From an uncultured delta proteobacterium (GTDB lineage: Bacteria; Myxococcota; Myxococcia; Myxococcales; 40CM-4-68-19): DNA of 64,000 nucleotides. The notes beneath the pieces are model-generated. The model saw only the letters and a program-made list of their open reading frames with translations. It searched no databases and was not told the DNA's origin. Below are positions 59,764-64,000 of the stretch, piece by piece; position 1 is the first letter of the stretch, and each line of letters starts with the position of its first letter. The position numbers and the translations under genes were made by a program. Location: NCBI GenBank assembly GCA_903911145.1, contig CAIWCD010000007.1, positions 62,001 to 126,000 on the forward strand. The letters run 5' to 3'.

Positions 59764-60004
59764 GGCGCGCACGGCGGTGGGGAGCGGCCGGCCAACATTT
59801 CGCTCCGGAAAGCCCGCCGCGCAGTCGGGAATCGTGCAGCGCGAACCCAAGCGCCGGCTCCGGGAGCCAAGGCGCGCTCGTCAGCGCTGCAGGAATTTTC
59901 CGCGACGGATCGGCCGCGCGCTGACTCCACGACCGACAGTCCTGCGACACGCCCGAGGGCCACAGGCGCGTGTTGGCCGGCCGCTCCCCACCGCCGTGCG
60001 CGCC
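59764..60004 (-). repeat. Structured element family 1, copy D (inverted)
   Basis: Perfect 34-bp closing inverted repeat; same internal motifs on the minus strand. Confidence 0.85.
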
Positions 60005-60105
60005 GAGATGGAATCAAGAACTGGCGATCCCCGCACGCATGTTGGCCGGCCGCTCCCCACCGCCGTGCGCGCCGAGACGAAATCAGCAACTGGCGAACCG
60101 CGCAC
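59968..60105 (+). repeat. 69-bp tandem direct repeat (2 units) duplicating one arm of copy D
   Basis: TGTTGGCCGGCCGCTCCCCACCGCCGTGCGCGCCGAGA occurs at 59971 and 60040. Confidence 0.9.
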
Positions 60106-60170
60106 TCTCGGTTAGAGTTCAGGAAACCCGTCCAACAGCCGATAAGACTCAGCAGCGGAGTGCATTCAAA

Positions 60171-60791
60171 ATGAGCTTCTTGATCCCGATCGTCGTCGAG
60201 CAGACCCACCGCGGCGAGCGCAGCTACGACATTTATTCGCGCCTGCTGAAGGACCGCATCATCCTGCTCGGCAGCGAGGTCACCGACGATTCGGCCAACG
60301 CGATCATCGCGCAGATGCTCTTTCTCGAGAGCGACGATCCCGACAAGGACATCAACCTCTACATCAACAGCCCGGGCGGTTCGGTCACGGCCGGCATGGC
60401 GATCTACGACACCATGCAGTACGTGAAGCCCGCGGTCTCGACGATCTGCATCGGCCAGGCCGCGTCGATGGGCGCGCTGCTGCTCGCGGCGGGCGCGAAG
60501 GGCAAGCGCTTCTCGCTGCCGCACTCGCGCATCATGATCCACCAGCCGTCCGGAGGGTTCGGCGGGCAGGCCTCGGACATCGAGCTGCACGCCAAGGAGA
60601 TCCTGCGGCTCAAGCACATCCTCAACGAGATCATGTCCAAGCACACCGGGCAGCCGGTTGAGCAGGTTCACAAGGACACCGATCGCGACAACTTCATGAG
60701 CGCGGCCGACGCGAAGGCCTATGGGCTTATCGATGAAGTCATGACGCACGGGCATGCACGTCCGGGCGCTGCACCGACTCCGGCGAAGTAG
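60171..60791 (+). CDS. clpP: ATP-dependent Clp protease proteolytic subunit
   Basis: [25 protein letters not shown] (catalytic Ser), MIHQP, DRDNFM. Confidence 0.98.
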   Translation: MSFLIPIVVEQTHRGERSYDIYSRLLKDRIILLGSEVTDDSANAIIAQMLFLESDDPDKDINLYINSPGGSVTAGMAIYDTMQYVKPAVSTICIGQAASMGALLLAAGAKGKRFSLPHSRIMIHQPSGGFGGQASDIELHAKEILRLKHILNEIMSKHTGQPVEQVHKDTDRDNFMSAADAKAYGLIDEVMTHGHARPGAAPTPAK

Positions 60792-60804
60792 ACAGGGGCG
60801 TACT

Positions 60805-62049
<1,245 letters not shown>

Positions 62050-62064
62050 TCGAAATGCGCGTAT

Positions 62065-62308
62065 GCGCCCGAGGCGGCGGGAGGCGGGCGGCGAACACGC
62101 ACCTGTCTGTCTCGGGGCGCGGCGAAGAGGCTCAAGCGTAGAGTGCGCGGAGTGGGGAGGGCTCGAGCGGGATTCGAGCCTCCGCGCACGAGCGCGCCTG
62201 TTGGTCCCGGACCTTGGCGCTGGCGAAACCAGAGGCGCGGCATAAGCGAAACCGGAGCGTTCTATCGGGGCGAAATGTTCGCCGCCCGCCTCCCGCCGCC
62301 TCGGGCGC
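62065..62308 (+). repeat. Structured element family 1, copy B
   Basis: Perfect 33-bp closing inverted repeat; ACACGCACCTGT, CGTAGAG, GCGCCTGTTGGTCCCGGACC, CGGGGCGAAATGT. Confidence 0.85.
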
Positions 62309-62404
62309 TTCCTGCAACAAGAGAAGATTAGATGCGCTCTCGCGAGATTTCGCGAGACGATGGCGCGCTCGTTTCTTCGGCTCTTGACCGGTCATTTCCC
62401 GCGA

Positions 62405-62652
62405 GGCGCTTGAGGCGAGGCGGGGAGCGGCGGGCGACATTTCGCTCCGATATCCCGCTCCGGTTTCGCCTGGCACGCGCAGAGGGTTTCGATAGCGCCC
62501 GACTCCGGGAGCAAAAGGCGCGACCCGCATGCGGAGCATTGCATCTCGCGTTGCATCCACGTCTCCGCATGCTCCACGCCTGAGTGTCTTCGCCGCTCCC
62601 CGAGACATACAGGTGCGTGTCGCCCGCCGCTCCCCGCCTCGCCTCAAGCGCC
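62405..62652 (-). repeat. Structured element family 1, copy C (inverted)
   Basis: Perfect 35-bp closing inverted repeat; same motifs on the minus strand. Confidence 0.85.
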
Positions 62653-62749
62653 GCTCCATCACTCTCTTACTGACAGACCGCGATCGAGGCATTACGCTCC
62701 GCGCCCGCCCGCGCCTCACGCGCTCGGGCGTTGGAGGCAACCCGTGCCG

Positions 62750-64000
<1,251 letters not shown>

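Noticed and set aside
59970..60170. In-frame N-terminal extension of ClpP with a repeated [13 protein letters not shown] peptide
   Set aside because: A by-product of the 69-bp DNA repeat; ClpP homology starts at ATG 60171, which has GGAG upstream.

Overview
High-GC core-genome segment of a myxobacterium-like organism (Myxococcota; inferred from gene order and protein families). It holds (i) a mixed housekeeping/envelope block at 1-19.7 kb (M16 peptidase, CYTH, esterase, serC, cupin, triheme cytochrome c, MMPL, DEAD helicase, yebC, msrAB, DUF5916, tolB); (ii) a type IVa pilus/polarity locus on the minus strand (sigma54 regulator, pilMNOPQ, lipoprotein, mglC-like, efp, accBC, sgmX-like TPR, ExeA-type ATPase, tamB, Omp85); (iii) nadK, rarA, UvrD/Rep helicase, rplM-rpsI, a pilT paralog, recX, bamD, FHA protein, amidase, rph, rdgB, five tRNAs; and (iv) tig-clpP-clpX-lon. 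No transposase, integrase, reverse transcriptase, CRISPR or rRNA is visible. The most unusual signals are non-coding. Four copies of a ~245-nt element with 33-37 bp closing inverted repeats and covarying internal stems sit as inverted pairs inside the tig-clpP-clpX-lon cluster. A second ~130-nt element with the same design has two copies 53 kb apart. Also notable are a chain of ATGA-coupled micro-ORFs in front of the ExeA-type ATPase, five rare TTA codons in lon, and related AT-rich palindromes at gene 3' ends. All alignments and folds were done by eye.
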